From assembly GCA_040954595.2 (NCBI GenBank), contig CM082589.2, forward strand, positions 3,734,213 to 3,798,212: a DNA stretch of 64,000 bases, given 5' to 3'. The position numbers were made by a program, and so were the translations under genes. This document shows, piece by piece, positions 1 to 13,400 of the stretch. The notes under the pieces are model-generated. The model was not told the origin of the DNA. It did no database searches and saw only the letters and a program-made list of their open reading frames with translations. Positions within the stretch are counted from its first letter, which is position 1, and every line of letters starts with the position of its first letter. The DNA is from Balanoglossus misakiensis (taxonomy: Eukaryota; Animalia; Hemichordata).

Positions 1-3000
1 GTTAAATCAAAGTGGCACAAGTTAAATTACATCAAAAATGTAGATTGTATAATGTCTCTTCTGTCCCAGTATCTCTGTTCATCCTCATTTACATCTGTCT
101 ACACAAGAATCACTTCTATCTCATTGTTTGTTGGTGTTTCTGTCTTTTTTTTCTCTCAATTCCCAAACTCTCCAACTTACGCATTTATATCAGTATACCA
201 TCTTCCATCAAATCCCGGTTTCTTTTCACTCTGTGCCTTGGATTTGGCTTCTCTCCGTCTCACTTCTTCCTCTGCCTCTGCTTTTTCCTTTTCCTGGTGA
301 AAAGATAGCCCAGTGAGTTATGCGGGTGTTTAGTTAGTTGTGGATTTGAGACAACTGAAGAGGTTTCACGTAGTCTAAAAAATGCTGCGAAGGTGTCCGT
401 TATAATACTCACTCGTTTCTTTAAGTATTCAGCTTGATCTTGGAGTATCTGTGGTTTTATTGAATCAATGTGTTGAAGGGCCAATATTCTTTCGGTTTTA
501 GTGATCTTCTGACCATCAAGATACTGTAAAATGAAATTAATTAGAAAACAAAGATATTAAAATGCTATATCAGATGTCAACAATTTGATCAGACAGGTAT
601 GCATTTTTACAACACAGTTTTGAAGGCAAATCTAAGACAATTGGTGATTGAGGAATCTGAAATAAAAGGAAAAAACATAAACGGCAAAAAGTTTGACAAT
701 CTATTATCTAATACCTGTAACTGTGGAAGTGTAGCAATCACATATTCTCTGTAGCCTTCGAAGTTTACACACGGATTACCAGTTAGGAAACTATAGAGAG
801 AATAAAACATACACAGTAGTCAAGATATTTTGTCAGGAAAAATTGAGTTTATACTGAATATTGTTAATCCGTCAACGGAGTGCCCTCACCGACCAACTTT
901 TTCCACTAAAACCAAACAAGTTGGTACCCCGTGTGGCTGCTTTTTGTACAGCGTTTCTACTAGTACTTTGTAGACAAAATTAAGCAACCATGCCCGCCCA
1001 ACGATACATCGGCAATTCACTAAAGGAGTTTATCCCTCATGCATGGCAAAATCGTTGTTACATTAAACAGGAAAGATGACGGATGTCCACCAGGCCTGGA
1101 AAGATCAACTTCACAGCTGGGTGTCTCAGAGACACGACACTTGTCAACGGACAATGTGAAGACAAACTGCTAACATGCTTTACACTCGTCCGTTGAGTGA
1201 CCACATGGATGGTCAACCACAGGGCTGGGGACAGTGCGTTCGCCAACAAGTGTCATGACAAAGCGCTAACGTGCATCCCCTTTGTCGGTAAATGCCCAGA
1301 CAAGAAAGGGTTTCCTTTTGTCTATGGCAGAAGCGTCGAGTTCTACAGTCGCCAAAAACTGTAAAAACACATTAACACATTTAATTGGTACTTTGAGACC
1401 TGGCAAGCCCGACTATGTAGCTCCATGTAGGCCTACACACATTCCTCGTATCAACGAACATTTGCCAAAATTTACCAGTTGAACAGTAGGAACATCGAGA
1501 CCGTGGTCAGGAACTATACCAATGTCCCGCAACAGATCAGTCCTAACATCTACCATATTGCTTTCGCAGTTTGACCACAATTCAGAAACTGAACGAATAT
1601 AACCACACCGCACACTTTCCACAAGCAATTTACAGTGGTAAATGTGAAGTATTGATTTGTCACTAAAAATACAACACCAAAACCACAAACAGTGGTACAT
1701 AGTAGAAACCACAAGGCCTTTCGAGGGAATGTGTGTTAACACTCCGATATATTATTGCACTGTCAACCCATGGAGTTACTACTCATAGTACTTCCATGGT
1801 CAACCGAAGTCTGTCATCCTCTTTGAAAATGAAAACATCTCGAATCTGTGTTTCATTCACCAGTTCAATCAGAAAAGTAAAATTGTCCAACGCTTTCGAG
1901 GTACGGCAACGTGTGAATTGCTAAAATGCCACTCTTTGTCGGAAGCACAGTATCAATGAATGTATACGAAAACAAGTAATGAATCCCGTCGCTTGTCCAG
2001 TCCTCAAGAGCCGAAGTGATAACTGTTTATCACAACCGGTCTATATCGATGCAAATCAAATCACAACAGACTGTCTGGAATGTTTGATCAAAGATCCACC
2101 GCGGGCGACAAAGCTTGTCTGGAGAAATCAGGTGCTAATCTGTGCCACACTTCGTCTGGATTGGTCTTGACTCAATAAACGCCTTATTGACAAACACTTT
2201 TGTTTAGGTTGACACAAAGCATGTTCCGCAAAGACAAACCACCGAGTCCATAAACCCATGTAGACGTGCCTCTTTAACGAACGTAGAAATACGCCCCGTA
2301 TTTTAGAAGTAATCATTTGGGCAACTGAAATTTAATGATGATTCGGTAATTTATCATGTAAACTAGCCCATTAGTACCTTTTGCGTTTTTATGATTAAGA
2401 TTTTAGTCTTTCCATGTATAAACCATTCACTTTTGCTATACGTTTCGAATGTTGTACTTTGTACTAAGTACTGTGCTTTTGGTCTACGGAAAACGATTCT
2501 TTTTTGGGTCCCGGACGCTTGTACTTCGGTAAAAAAAATTGTTGTCGTAGAACCATGCATGATGGCTTCAGAATGGACGCCCAAAGTAAACGCTCATTCA
2601 AAACTACGCATAGCCAACCTTTTCCCTCATATAGGTGAGTGAGTAACCGAGTTGTTGAATGTGAAATGTTCGAATCGAGACAATTTTTTAATAATCATGT
2701 CCAATTTGAAAAAAAGGCCAGAAACCTGAAATACTAAAACACGATAAGAGTAAAAACTCTGTATTTGTGAATACACACTTTCTTTTTATTTGTCGGTTTG
2801 CTGCAAGACGCTGGAGACTTGAATATTCGTCGGCGGAGGCGCTCTCCGTCGCTCCCCGACGGTATTGTTTTGGTGTGAAGTGTCCAGCCTATCGCCGGTC
2901 AGGGACACGCCCGTCGAGATACGGGACCCTGGACTGGGATGTACCTGAAGATCTATATAAACCCCTCGCATTTGTGTCCAAACCATAAGCAGATTTATTC

Positions 3001-6000
3001 TTGCAACCTTCAAGTGTTCTACCTAACAAGCTACAGAATGTCACAGTCCGCAGAAATCACCGAACGACGCGAAGTCCTGATGCACGAACGAATCGTCCAG
3101 TTGAGGAAGCTCGGCCACCACAACAGTCAGATCGTGAAGATGCTCCTCCAGGAAGAAAACTGGCTGACGACAGCGCAGACGGTCAACCGGGTCTACAGTA
3201 GATACATCAGCCGGGGGTCAGTGGTTGATGCACGCCGCTCCAGTCGCCTCAAGTCAAGTGGTTCAACCAAGGTGGGTGTCCAGTATTTTTTATCGAAGGT
3301 CCGTGACGATTTGCGGGTCGTACCAATTGGTACTGTGGTGTGTCGACGCCAGATTTGAAGCCAGTGTCGCAATGTCTAGTACCGTTCGGCACATGGATTT
3401 GTTTTACCAGCTTAATTACCCTTCGGGTAGCACACCGTATACATATATGTGTATATTCAAATCGGGCTTTCTTGCCTTTGATATAGGCGAACGACGACGA
3501 AGAGATAAACAAGAAGGTGACGACGGAGACAACCGGTCCTCCCAACAAAAAGAAGCGGGTGAGTACAATCTCCTTTCATGTACGGTTCTGTTAAGGGTAG
3601 CACTTGATGATTTTTGTCTTTATATACAGATTCTTAAAACATCGGTTTTTCGACTTCTCGTAATTTTTACGTGTATTTGCTTGCTGTGAGCGAGTTTTGA
3701 TTTTTTTTGTCCACCTAAAATCACAATAATCCACGTTCCCTAAATACTTCTGTTGATCACGACAATATTAAAAACCCAGTTTGTCGACTATAACATCGCA
3801 TCTCATATCGTTAAATTATGTATAAGTTATTTATTGATTTCCATTTTTTTTGCAGATCGACTTCGATAATGAACATGGCACAGTCAGGGACCAGGCGAAA
3901 GAAAAACACCAGGTAGCAGAAGTCTCGTCTACGGCCACACCTCGCCAAGATGCACAAACTCAAACCGATGTCTCTCAACACTGCTGCAACAGTATGGCAC
4001 AGCTCAACGCTCTGAGGTATGAGATGTACACGCTGCGACGACGCGTCGACTTCTACACCGAGATGGAGCAGCGGAATCACCTGTCTGTTCAGCCGTCACC
4101 CGCTCCCCAGCCATCCGCTCCCCAATCGTATTCACTTCCCCCGTCTCAGCTTCAAACCAGTGCGCCAGCGGTGCAGCAGCCTCCCGTGGCAGGTTATCCG
4201 TCTCCGGCGACGACAATGATTCCTGTCCACCAGCAACCCGCTCCCCAACCAATGTCATTTCAGACCAGTGTACCAGTGCAGCAGGCAGGACGTCCGTCTC
4301 CCGCGACTGGAGTCAGCACCGTTCACCACCCACCCGCTCCCCAACCGTATCCACTTCAAGCGCCCCAGCTTCAAACATGTGCACCAGTGCAGGCTTATCA
4401 CTCGGCAGTTCGCCCATCCCCCGCGACAGGAGTGAACACTGTTCGGCCACAACCACCACCCGCTCCCGTATCCCGACCCCAGCCACGCCTAGTCCACGCC
4501 GCACCCCAGCCACGCCCAGTCCACGCCGCGCCCCAGCCTCGCACCAAGTCACGCCCGCAGTCATCTTCCGCGGCACGTCCTCAACCGGCTGCGATCAACA
4601 CCCAGCATCTTCATCCCATCGCCGGTCATCAAGATATTCCCGCATCGCACATCACGGCGTGCCGCGACTCCAGTTCTTCTTACGCAGACTTCGCCAAGAA
4701 GCTAGTTTTCGCCGTCTACAGCCCCGAGCAGTGGCACGGGCGAATCTGCAACCCACTGCCAGAGATCCGTTCCACGCGGGCCTACACCAAAAGCCCACTG
4801 AGCCCCAGACGTCTGCAGAAGGTGAAGAGGGCAGTGTTCCAGCACTACTCCACAGAAATTCTTCCGGGAGAGCAAGAAGAAGCCTGGAAGTCATGCGTCA
4901 AGAACATCGAACAGAGTCTTCGAGAAGAAACGTACAAAAGACTGTTGAAGATGTAGATTGCGTTATCCGTTGGTCTGGTTTCCTTGACGATGAAATCAGA
5001 GCTTAGGCTAAATTAAATTATTATTGCTTTTGAATTTTTGTATTTTATTACTTATTATTGTAACTTATTAAAAACCTGAATATTTGCTTTGTCTTTTACG
5101 ATCTAATTTATTGTGTATCTTTCGCTTTGCATGATGAATAAAACTTTCAATTTTATGAAATCACCAAGTACATCGTTGTTGTTTCCAAATTCCCCTAATC
5201 TATAAGCCAAGTTATACCGGGCTCGACTCGAGGTTCTATTACTTTCTGAACTTTTATACCAAATATGGCAAGATATGCAAAACTTAGGAGTTAGTGATTG
5301 TTGGTATATCGACCACTTTGGACGCGTCATCCTCTGATGTTCAGGTCATCTTGAAATGAAAGTACATTTTTCGATTCGTTCTTACAGCGATTTTCTAGAT
5401 TGAAATTCATTTGACTACCCGTGCGCTCACTGATGATGTAAAATGACGTTTTAATCATGTAAAATGACTTTTTAATGCGAATATTTTAGTCGAGGCACAT
5501 CTATAACGAAAAGTCGACCACACCACACCAATAGTGGACCACACTGAAAGGCGCCCTCAAGCAGCTCATAAAAACTCGACACAAATCGGGTTTTGGATAT
5601 GCATTTTTTGAAAGGCAGTATGGAAAAGATGACTGGAGACCATATAATCTGATGATATAGACTCTAAATTCTCTTACACTGTCTTCATGACAGCTGCAAA
5701 GACACTATGAATCTTTATTTCAGACAGTGTGATGTGTATGGCAACTTGGTAGTTTCATGAGAGATATACAAAGTGTAATTGTGGTGTGCCAGAGATCACT
5801 TAGGATTGTGAATGACAGAATCTATTAAATATTCATGAAAATCTCTGAACTGTCCTACTCATCCAACAACACACATGGATTGTAAGCACCCCCATTACCA
5901 TGGAAACATACTTACATCTCCCTTAGATTGTAGTTATCCCTGAGACATTCTATACTGGTCAGTTCCCCGACAAAATTCACTGTCAAATCAAGTTTCTTCA

Positions 6001-7016
6001 AGGACTCACAACCTGGAATATTGAGAACACATTTTCATTCAAACACAGAGAAAGGTCAATCTATTATTCAGTGGCAAGACGTAGTTTAAAAATGTTCTTC
6101 AGAATTTCTTTGTATTGATCTTTTATTATTACCTTCCAAGTTTTCAATTTTTTCTATATTATTCAGTGCTAAGTTGATATATTCCAGTTTCTTTAATCTG
6201 CCAACATTTTCTGGAAAAAAAAATGGAAAAACATTACAGAAAGTTACCAGAACTGTATCAAACAAATGCTGTACAATGCTTGTGAGAAATATTGGAAAGG
6301 GATGCAGAAAATTTTTCAAATTTCCAAGTTAATTAATTATGTCTGTGGTACTTACCTATCTTTGGTATGAGGTTACTCTGCAGGTACAGAATCCTTAAAT
6401 CTCGACACCATTTATCAATGTATTCTATTCTGTAGTCACCATTCAAAAGAGAGAGAGAAGTGATAGAGAATTCAGTGAACTGGAATCCAAGTCCCGGTAT
6501 TCATGCATATTAACCTTTCACCCCCAGTTCCCTCTTTAGAGGTCCAACCTTACCATAGAAAATGATGAATTTGGACTGGAACATAGTGGTGACAGGGTAG
6601 TAATCAATTCCTTCAGAACACGGTTCAAGCACAACAATCTCACTTTCTAGACTTCATTTCTGTTTTGTGCTTTCATTATATTTGTTTGTCCTTTGGTAAA
6701 TACTGTACCTTTCAATATCTTGTTGATGTAATGAGACTTCTTCTAAAGTTGTAATCTCAAGATTGTTGTGTTCAGCTCTCTTGCGGAGCATATCCTCTGA
6801 AACTAGAATGAAAATATGAAACATTTACATGTATTTCTAATAGGTGACCTCGTTATATTTCATTTTATCTTGTAAAGCCTGATTGAGAAGGGTTAGCGCA
6901 ACCAGGAAGTTGTTAGTTACAAGATAGGTCTACGACACCCTAGCTTTGTATATCACGTTACCATAACAACGACCTATCGTGAGGAATAGTGGCTGTTTAT
7001 ACTTACTTCGAACCAT
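1..7016 (-). CDS. LRRC6: LRRC6/DNAAF11 (tilB/seahorse) axonemal dynein assembly factor, multi-exon, 3' part outside window
   Basis: Spliced exons (~7007-7016, 6709-6802, 6356-6430, 6132-6209, 5913-6013, 716-791, 413-524, 181-294) give [86 protein letters not shown]...[40 protein letters not shown]...[10 protein letters not shown]. This matches the LRRC6 LRR/LRRcap N-terminus; junctions are GT-AG. Confidence 0.95.
865..5600. mobile_element. Putative ~4.7 kb insertion in an LRRC6 intron carrying the HTH-BEN gene; ends uncertain
   Basis: This ~5.1 kb intron is far longer than the other LRRC6 introns (<300 bp). It is CpG-rich relative to host DNA and encodes a transposon-type HTH. No TIR or TSD was identified. 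Confidence 0.4.
3038..4956 (+). CDS. Nested 3-exon gene (~468 aa): N-terminal HTH, NLS, coiled coil, Pro/Gln-rich repeats, C-terminal BEN domain
   Basis: Exons 3038-3271, 3487-3558, 3856-4956 join in phase 0 at GT-AG junctions. TATATAAA ~2954; ATTAAA ~5069 and AATAAA ~5137. C-terminus [14 protein letters not shown]...[20 protein letters not shown]...W...VKNIEQSLR fits the BEN pattern. N-terminus [19 protein letters not shown]...[17 protein letters not shown] resembles a Tc1/IS630-type HTH. Confidence 0.8.
6510..6603. mobile_element. Short piggyBac-like MITE (degenerate copy)
   Basis: TTAACCTTTCACCCCCAG...TTTAGAGGTCCAAC...TTTGGACTG...AGGGTAGTAA, homologous to 14793-14885. Confidence 0.6.
6957..6970. 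promoter_or_regulatory. RFX X-box in LRRC6 intron 1
   Basis: GTTACCATAACAAC matches the X-box consensus GTHNYYATRRNAAC, about 45 bp from the ATG of a ciliary gene. Confidence 0.7.
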
Positions 7017-7407
7017 CTCTGTTACTTCCTGTTCTGATATATGTCTAGGTATGCTTGTATTTGACAGTAACAGCACCAATGGATCCGATAAAACATGTAT
7101 AACAGGAATGCGCTTTCAAGCAACGCGGTTCAGGATTTCCCCGGCTGGTATGTTTTGGTTCTCGTTAACCCTCTAACGCAATGTATTTAATCAATATGCG
7201 GTTAAAACGTTTGTAATGCTCAGTGATGTACACCAAATTATACCGCAAATACATATAAAATGAGACAGTATATTAAAATATATGCATAATTTTCAAACTC
7301 ACGAATGTTACGAAATGTTATGATTTAATACACTGATATACAAATAGTGACCTTTGTTGACACGATCATTTGACAGCAAGTTAGAGGGTCTGGGTCATCT
7401 GGACAAA

Positions 7408-10400
7408 ATGTCGGGTGTCCTGTTCGTGATCACTGTCCCTTCTGCTGTCAAGTCCACTGCAAGTGTCGCAGAAAGCGATCTGCAGAATCAGAAAGAGAAA
7501 TTAAAAGATTTTCTAGATGATAAACCCGTGCACGAGGTAAGGAACAGTTCAGCTTCGACATTCACCGAACATCGTGCCGATTTCACATGTTAAAGTACTT
7601 GTTGATTTCATTGATGATTGATAGACCATTCATTCATTCATTCGGTGATTACTCACTTGAACTGTATGTCAGTCAGTCAGTCAGTCAGTCAGTCAATCAA
7701 TCAATCAATTGACCAACCAACCAACAGTAAGTCATTCAGTGAATTAGATTGCTGCAGACTCCCCTTGACGATTTTTGTTTTGACATTGGGGTACAGATTT
7801 TGGAAGATATATTGAAAGAGATTGGGATCAGCAATGCAGCGTGGGCATTGACAAACAGCCAGGAATCTTACCAAGTCACATTTACATGCAAAGGACCACT
7901 GCTGTGTGAAACCATCTTGAACAAATTAACCAGTGTCGGGATAGGAAAGCAACCCAATTCATCAATATGGTGAGAAAAGATGCTACTTTCTGATACAGTG
8001 TGATCACTACAACTTACTAGTAATATTCCCATTATTCAATCTCCTCACCAAACTAATACATGTATAAAATCCTATTTGTCTGTTGCAGTGTAGTACCAGC
8101 ATCAATTTATTTCAGACAAGAGGCTGAAGTCAACGTTGGCACTGAACTTGAGAACCCGACCGAAGATGATGACATGTTGGGTAACACAGCATCAAAGCAG
8201 AATAGTTTTCTGAAGTCGATCAAGTCCCGAATGACAGTAGCTCAGGTATTCCTTATTCTAAGTTCATTGGAAAACAGATCATACATATGCAGCCTTCCTT
8301 CAAGTACAAAGTGTGAGTCAGTAGGACAGGGCATCCACTTGATATGAATGTTGGTTGCTTGTCTCTATTTTCAGTGCACAGACAAATTCCCTCCACAACC
8401 AGTCAACACGCATACACTGTGAACACCAAACACCTCCATTGAAGGATTCACAATCAACAAATACTTTTTTTTCCTTCACAGGTGGTTGAAACTGTTAAGA
8501 CGGCTGGTGAATTGACTTTTGATTATGTACTCCTAATTATTCTGGCCAGGTAAGTCTTCATTGCCTGCGAATGTTCATGTGTAATAATTCTGAATTAACC
8601 ACCAAATACAAATTGTTAATATTAAAGCTGCAAGCAGCGTTGGCGGGGCACAAGCGGTTCCCATGGTGACCAGCAAATGCCACGGCTGTATCTGCTGGGG
8701 ATACCAAGATATGGGAAAGTAGGTCAAAGGTCACCTGAGGTCACCCCAAATTTGGGCAAAAAAATTGGACCCCATACTAGTCTAGATCCAACAAAAAACC
8801 AGACCCCTAGCCCTATTGGTTCGCCTGCAATTAGGTATGCACATAATTAATGAGGTCTTGTGTAAGACTCCATTATGTGCTCAATACCTATACAAGCCAG
8901 GGCTCTAACTGCTCTGGAGGCTGAAATATGGGAAAGTAGATCAAAGGTCACCCAAGGTCACCCAAAATTAGGGCATAAAATTTTGACCCCAGACTGGGCC
9001 ATGTCCAACCAATACCAGACCTCTTGCCCTATTGGGTAGCATGGAATTAGATATGCAGAAAAATGATGTTTCAGAAATAGGTCAAAGGTCATTGCCAAAA
9101 TTACCAAAATATTTGTGTCATGTCCTGGCAGCATTGGTACCCATGTCCACAAAATTCATGACTGTGGTGCTTTTACAAGAGGAGGTATGGGGAATATGCA
9201 TATATAATTAGTTGTTTTAAAACTGGGTCAAAGGTCATGTGAAAATTGCCCCGAAAAATTGTGACAACTTCCGGTCATATGATGACTCATATCCAAAAAT
9301 AGAATTTCCGTGCTGTCAATATTTTGGCTACAAAACGGAATTTTCATTTTTCAATGGTTTTCCGAAAATCCAACATGGCCGCCATAATGATCGACCAATC
9401 ACAGTGCGCTTCGCAAACTTGATAGACATAGGTTAGGTGACCACATGCCCCAAATCCCGTGACTCGGCAATCGCTGGTTCTGGAGAAGAAGATTTTTAAA
9501 GTTTTAAGTAGTTTTTCAGAAAAACAATTGTAGCAAAAAAACTTTATGTGTGACGTCATGATTTCAATGGGGTAAAATGATGGACAGAAGGTAGGCTACC
9601 TGCACACCAAATTTGAACTCGATCGGCCCAGTAGTTTTTGAGAAGGACTCGTTTAACGATTTTCAGGAAATCCAATATGGCCGCCAGGTCACGTGACTAA
9701 TTAAATATTCACGAGCCACTGCACGTCTACTCATTGGCCCCTATCACCCTACCAAGTTTCAGCCCCCTAGGTGCTGCGGTTTTCCAGATCTACCTGGCCG
9801 AATTTCTCGGAAGAAGAAGAATAATAATAATAATAAATATAGCTGCAAGCAGCAATAGCGGGCCCAAGCCAATATAGCACATAGCAACATAGCAATAAGC
9901 ATATATGCTCTGAATGCCAAGATATGGAAAAATAAGTCAAAGGTCACCTGAGGTCATGTAAAATTTGGGTAAGAAATTTTGACCCCATACTTGTCCATGT
10001 TCAACAAAAATCTAACCTCTAGCCCTATTGGTTAGCCTGGAATTAGGTATGCACATAATTAATGAGATAAGCAGGTGTCACAGGTGACCTCCAAGTTTGG
10101 CTTTTCAATTTTAGTCCCAACCCTCCAAACGCCAAGTCTGTACCTGCTGTGGATGCCAAGATACAGGAAAGTAGGTCAAAGGTCACCTGAGGTCACCCCA
10201 AATTTTGGCAGGAATGTTTAACCCTATACTGGTCCATGTCCCACAAGAACGAAACCTCTAGCCCTCTTAGTTAGCCCAAAATTAGGTATGCACATAATTA
10301 ATGAGTTAAGCAGGTGTTACAGGTGAGCCTAAAATTGTGCCTTTTATTTTGGTGCCATTGTGCTCACTGACCAATAGACAGTCACTGTACAGGACTATTG

Positions 10401-13400
10401 CACAGACCAGAATTCCACAATAAGACATGGACATAGAGGTATAAGTAAAGGTATAAATTTATTAAAAAAATTAATATAAAAAAATCCGTCGATTTTTCAT
10501 ATTATTTTTTTTCGCTTAAAATTATTGACAAATGCTAGTCTAGCTGCACACCAAAGTTGGAGATGATTGGCCTAACAGATTTTGAGATATGTATGCATAT
10601 TTATCCAAAATAATATGTGGTCATAGCTTTACTATGGAAAGTATAGGCCCATGGCTTGGTAAAAAAATATGAAAAATAATACTTAAAAATCTTCTTCTCA
10701 AAATTGGCATGGCCAATGGCCTTGACATTTGGCAAGTAGGACACTGACCACATGGTCCGCAAAAGTTGCTAAAAGAATTTTGATATCTCCATTCATATGC
10801 AAATAAGGCCGATTTGGAAATTTTGCCCATATATGGTCATCAGGTCACGTGACTAATTTAACATTCACAAGGGTACTGCACTAGCTCTCATTGGCCTGCA
10901 CCATTGTGCCAAGTTTGAAATTGTTAGGTTTAGCAGTTTTCCAGATCTACCTCGCCAAAGAAAACGACAGAAGAAGAAAAAGAAGAAGAAGTAGAAGAAA
11001 AACCCCAGTAATACCAATAGGGCCCAAGCCTGCTGGGCTTGGGCCCTAATAAAGAAGAAATATTCCAACAATACCAATAGGGGCACAAGCCCGATAGGCT
11101 TGTGCCCCTAATTATAATAATCCACTATTCTGTCTATCTGTCTGTCTGTCTGTCTGTCTTTCTCCCCATCTATGTACTTCAGCATAATTGCTGCTATTGG
11201 TTTATCTGAGAACAGTTCAGTCATTCTGGTTGCCAGTATGCTGATATCTCCACTCATGGTAAGTTAACACAGTCACCTGAAACCAGTGTTGAATGGTGGT
11301 GATACAGGAGATGAAATATCTGTGGCCAGAGTTTGTTGTCCTCAATGTGTCTACCAACCACCCAATCATTTCATTGGCATGTGCAAGGTGCCTATTATCC
11401 ACCACCATTGACATTATAAAAATTTCTTGCTTGCTCGTAACTGTGAAACGTGAATATTTTCCTTTGCTATTTTAAACTTCATATTTCAGGGGCCAATTCT
11501 TGCTGGAACATTTGGGACGGTGATCGCACACAACAAACTCAGAAACCTGGGCATTAAAACAGAGATTATTGGTTTGGCCCTTTGTATTGTATGCGGTGAG
11601 TACACACCCTTACTCTCCAGATGTCGTGTAAGCTCTCCTGATATTAACTCCACTAAAACTGTTTAAATGCAAATGTGGATGACTGTAGAAAGTCTACATG
11701 TGGTCATTTTTACATTTTGAAGGTTTCATTCTGGGCCTGATCCTTGGTAGTTGGGGTGATGAGCTTGGTTGGCCCACAGAGGCGATGGCCAGCAGGTAAG
11801 ATTTTTACAAAGTATTAATCTAACTACATGTTTTTTCATTCACAATTTTAACAAAGTACATGTAAACAGCATTTTATTCTGATGTAGTCCATGCCCTCTT
11901 TCAGACCATATATTAACAACTTTGAACTTTCAGAGGCGAACTGAGGGGGCTTGTAGTAGGAGTATTCATTGCATTACCATCAGGCGCTGCTGTGGCTATC
12001 TCTGTACTGGGTGGGAACATCGGATCACTGGTTGGCGTGGCGATATCAGCATCTTTGCTGCCCCCAGCTGTCAATGCGGTAAGAAAAATTCAGCCAGTGT
12101 TATCAATTTTCAGTGGATCTTTATTTTAGGAAGAAATGTTTATATTGTGTGTTCCTTTGGCAGATTTTGTAGGTTTTATGAAGTCTGCTAAAATATCTCC
12201 TTCATTGTTGATTTGTCTGTTTCAGGGTATTTTATGGGCATATTCCCTTTACAAAATTCCAGAGATTGGTTATGTGGAAAACACAACTGACATGCCGGTG
12301 GCCTATGACACCTCAAATTCGACCCTAAGGTCAAATTTGACCAACGGAAATACAGCTGACATGGAGTATGTGAACCCTGCCATGGAACATTTCGTATCTG
12401 GAACGATAAGTTTAGTGCTGACATTGTTGAATATTGTCTGCATATTTATTGTCAGCATTGTAGTTTTAAAAGTAAGTAGCAGCATCATCAGAAATTGTTA
12501 AGTTCCAGTATATTCAGAAATGTGTGTGTGTGAGCGAGCGAAAGAGGGGGGTGGGAGAGAGGGAGAGAGAGGGTGGGGGAGATAGAGAAAGAGAGTTGGA
12601 GTACTTTCAATGGTGCATAACACTTCATATTGTTGCTTGTAAGTTATACTTGTTAAATAGTCTTTGTAATAGCCATTCCTTTAAAAAATTAATTTTGAAG
12701 ATAAAAGAAGTGGCTCCACACACAAGTTCAGCGATGACATCACAGTTTTGGAAGAATGATATCAAAGTTGCCAGGTCATATTATCAGACGATAGAAAACC
12801 AACATCAGGGCCAACTGCTGGGAAAAGTATTTTTTGAAGAATGGCAGGTAAAAATGTGGTCTGTAATCTCATCTTTCTGAGTTCTGATACAATTACAATT
12901 ATGGGTAGTGTAATAACTTTTTTATTTTTCATGAGCATTGTCGTTAAGAACATTTCAAGGCTGTGATGTTATAGTTGTCATAGTGATATGGCGGATGTGA
13001 TCGCATTATGTAACACTTGAAATATTCACACATACAATTTTTGTAATGTGTTTACAGAAGCTTAACAGTGAGCCTGGCTCTGGTACTCAAACTGTCAAGG
13101 GTGAAGAAGCTGCCATACTTGCCTCGAGATTTCAACATTTACTGGAAAAAATAGAGGGTGACAAAACCTATCAAAATGTCATAAAAGAACTACCCAGATC
13201 ACAGGTGAGATTGTGTTCATCACTTCCTCTTTCAAGACAATATTGTTCATCAGTTTAGTAAAATAATTTATTAGTTGGTGATGTACAAAACAATCAACAT
13301 GCAACAGCTACTCGTATGGAAATTTGTACCATCTAATATTTTCCGGTCTTTCCCACAGCATGTGTCCCGACATCTGCCTGCGGAATGGATGGATGATGAG

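Noticed and set aside
900-2900. Transposase remnant upstream of the HTH-BEN gene
   Set aside because: Short ORFs here show no DDE, tyrosine recombinase, RT or Rep/Hel motifs that I could recognise; a translated search is needed.
4377-5006. 209-aa alternative-frame ORF overlapping the BEN ORF
   Set aside because: By-product of GC-rich repetitive coding sequence; no domain signal.
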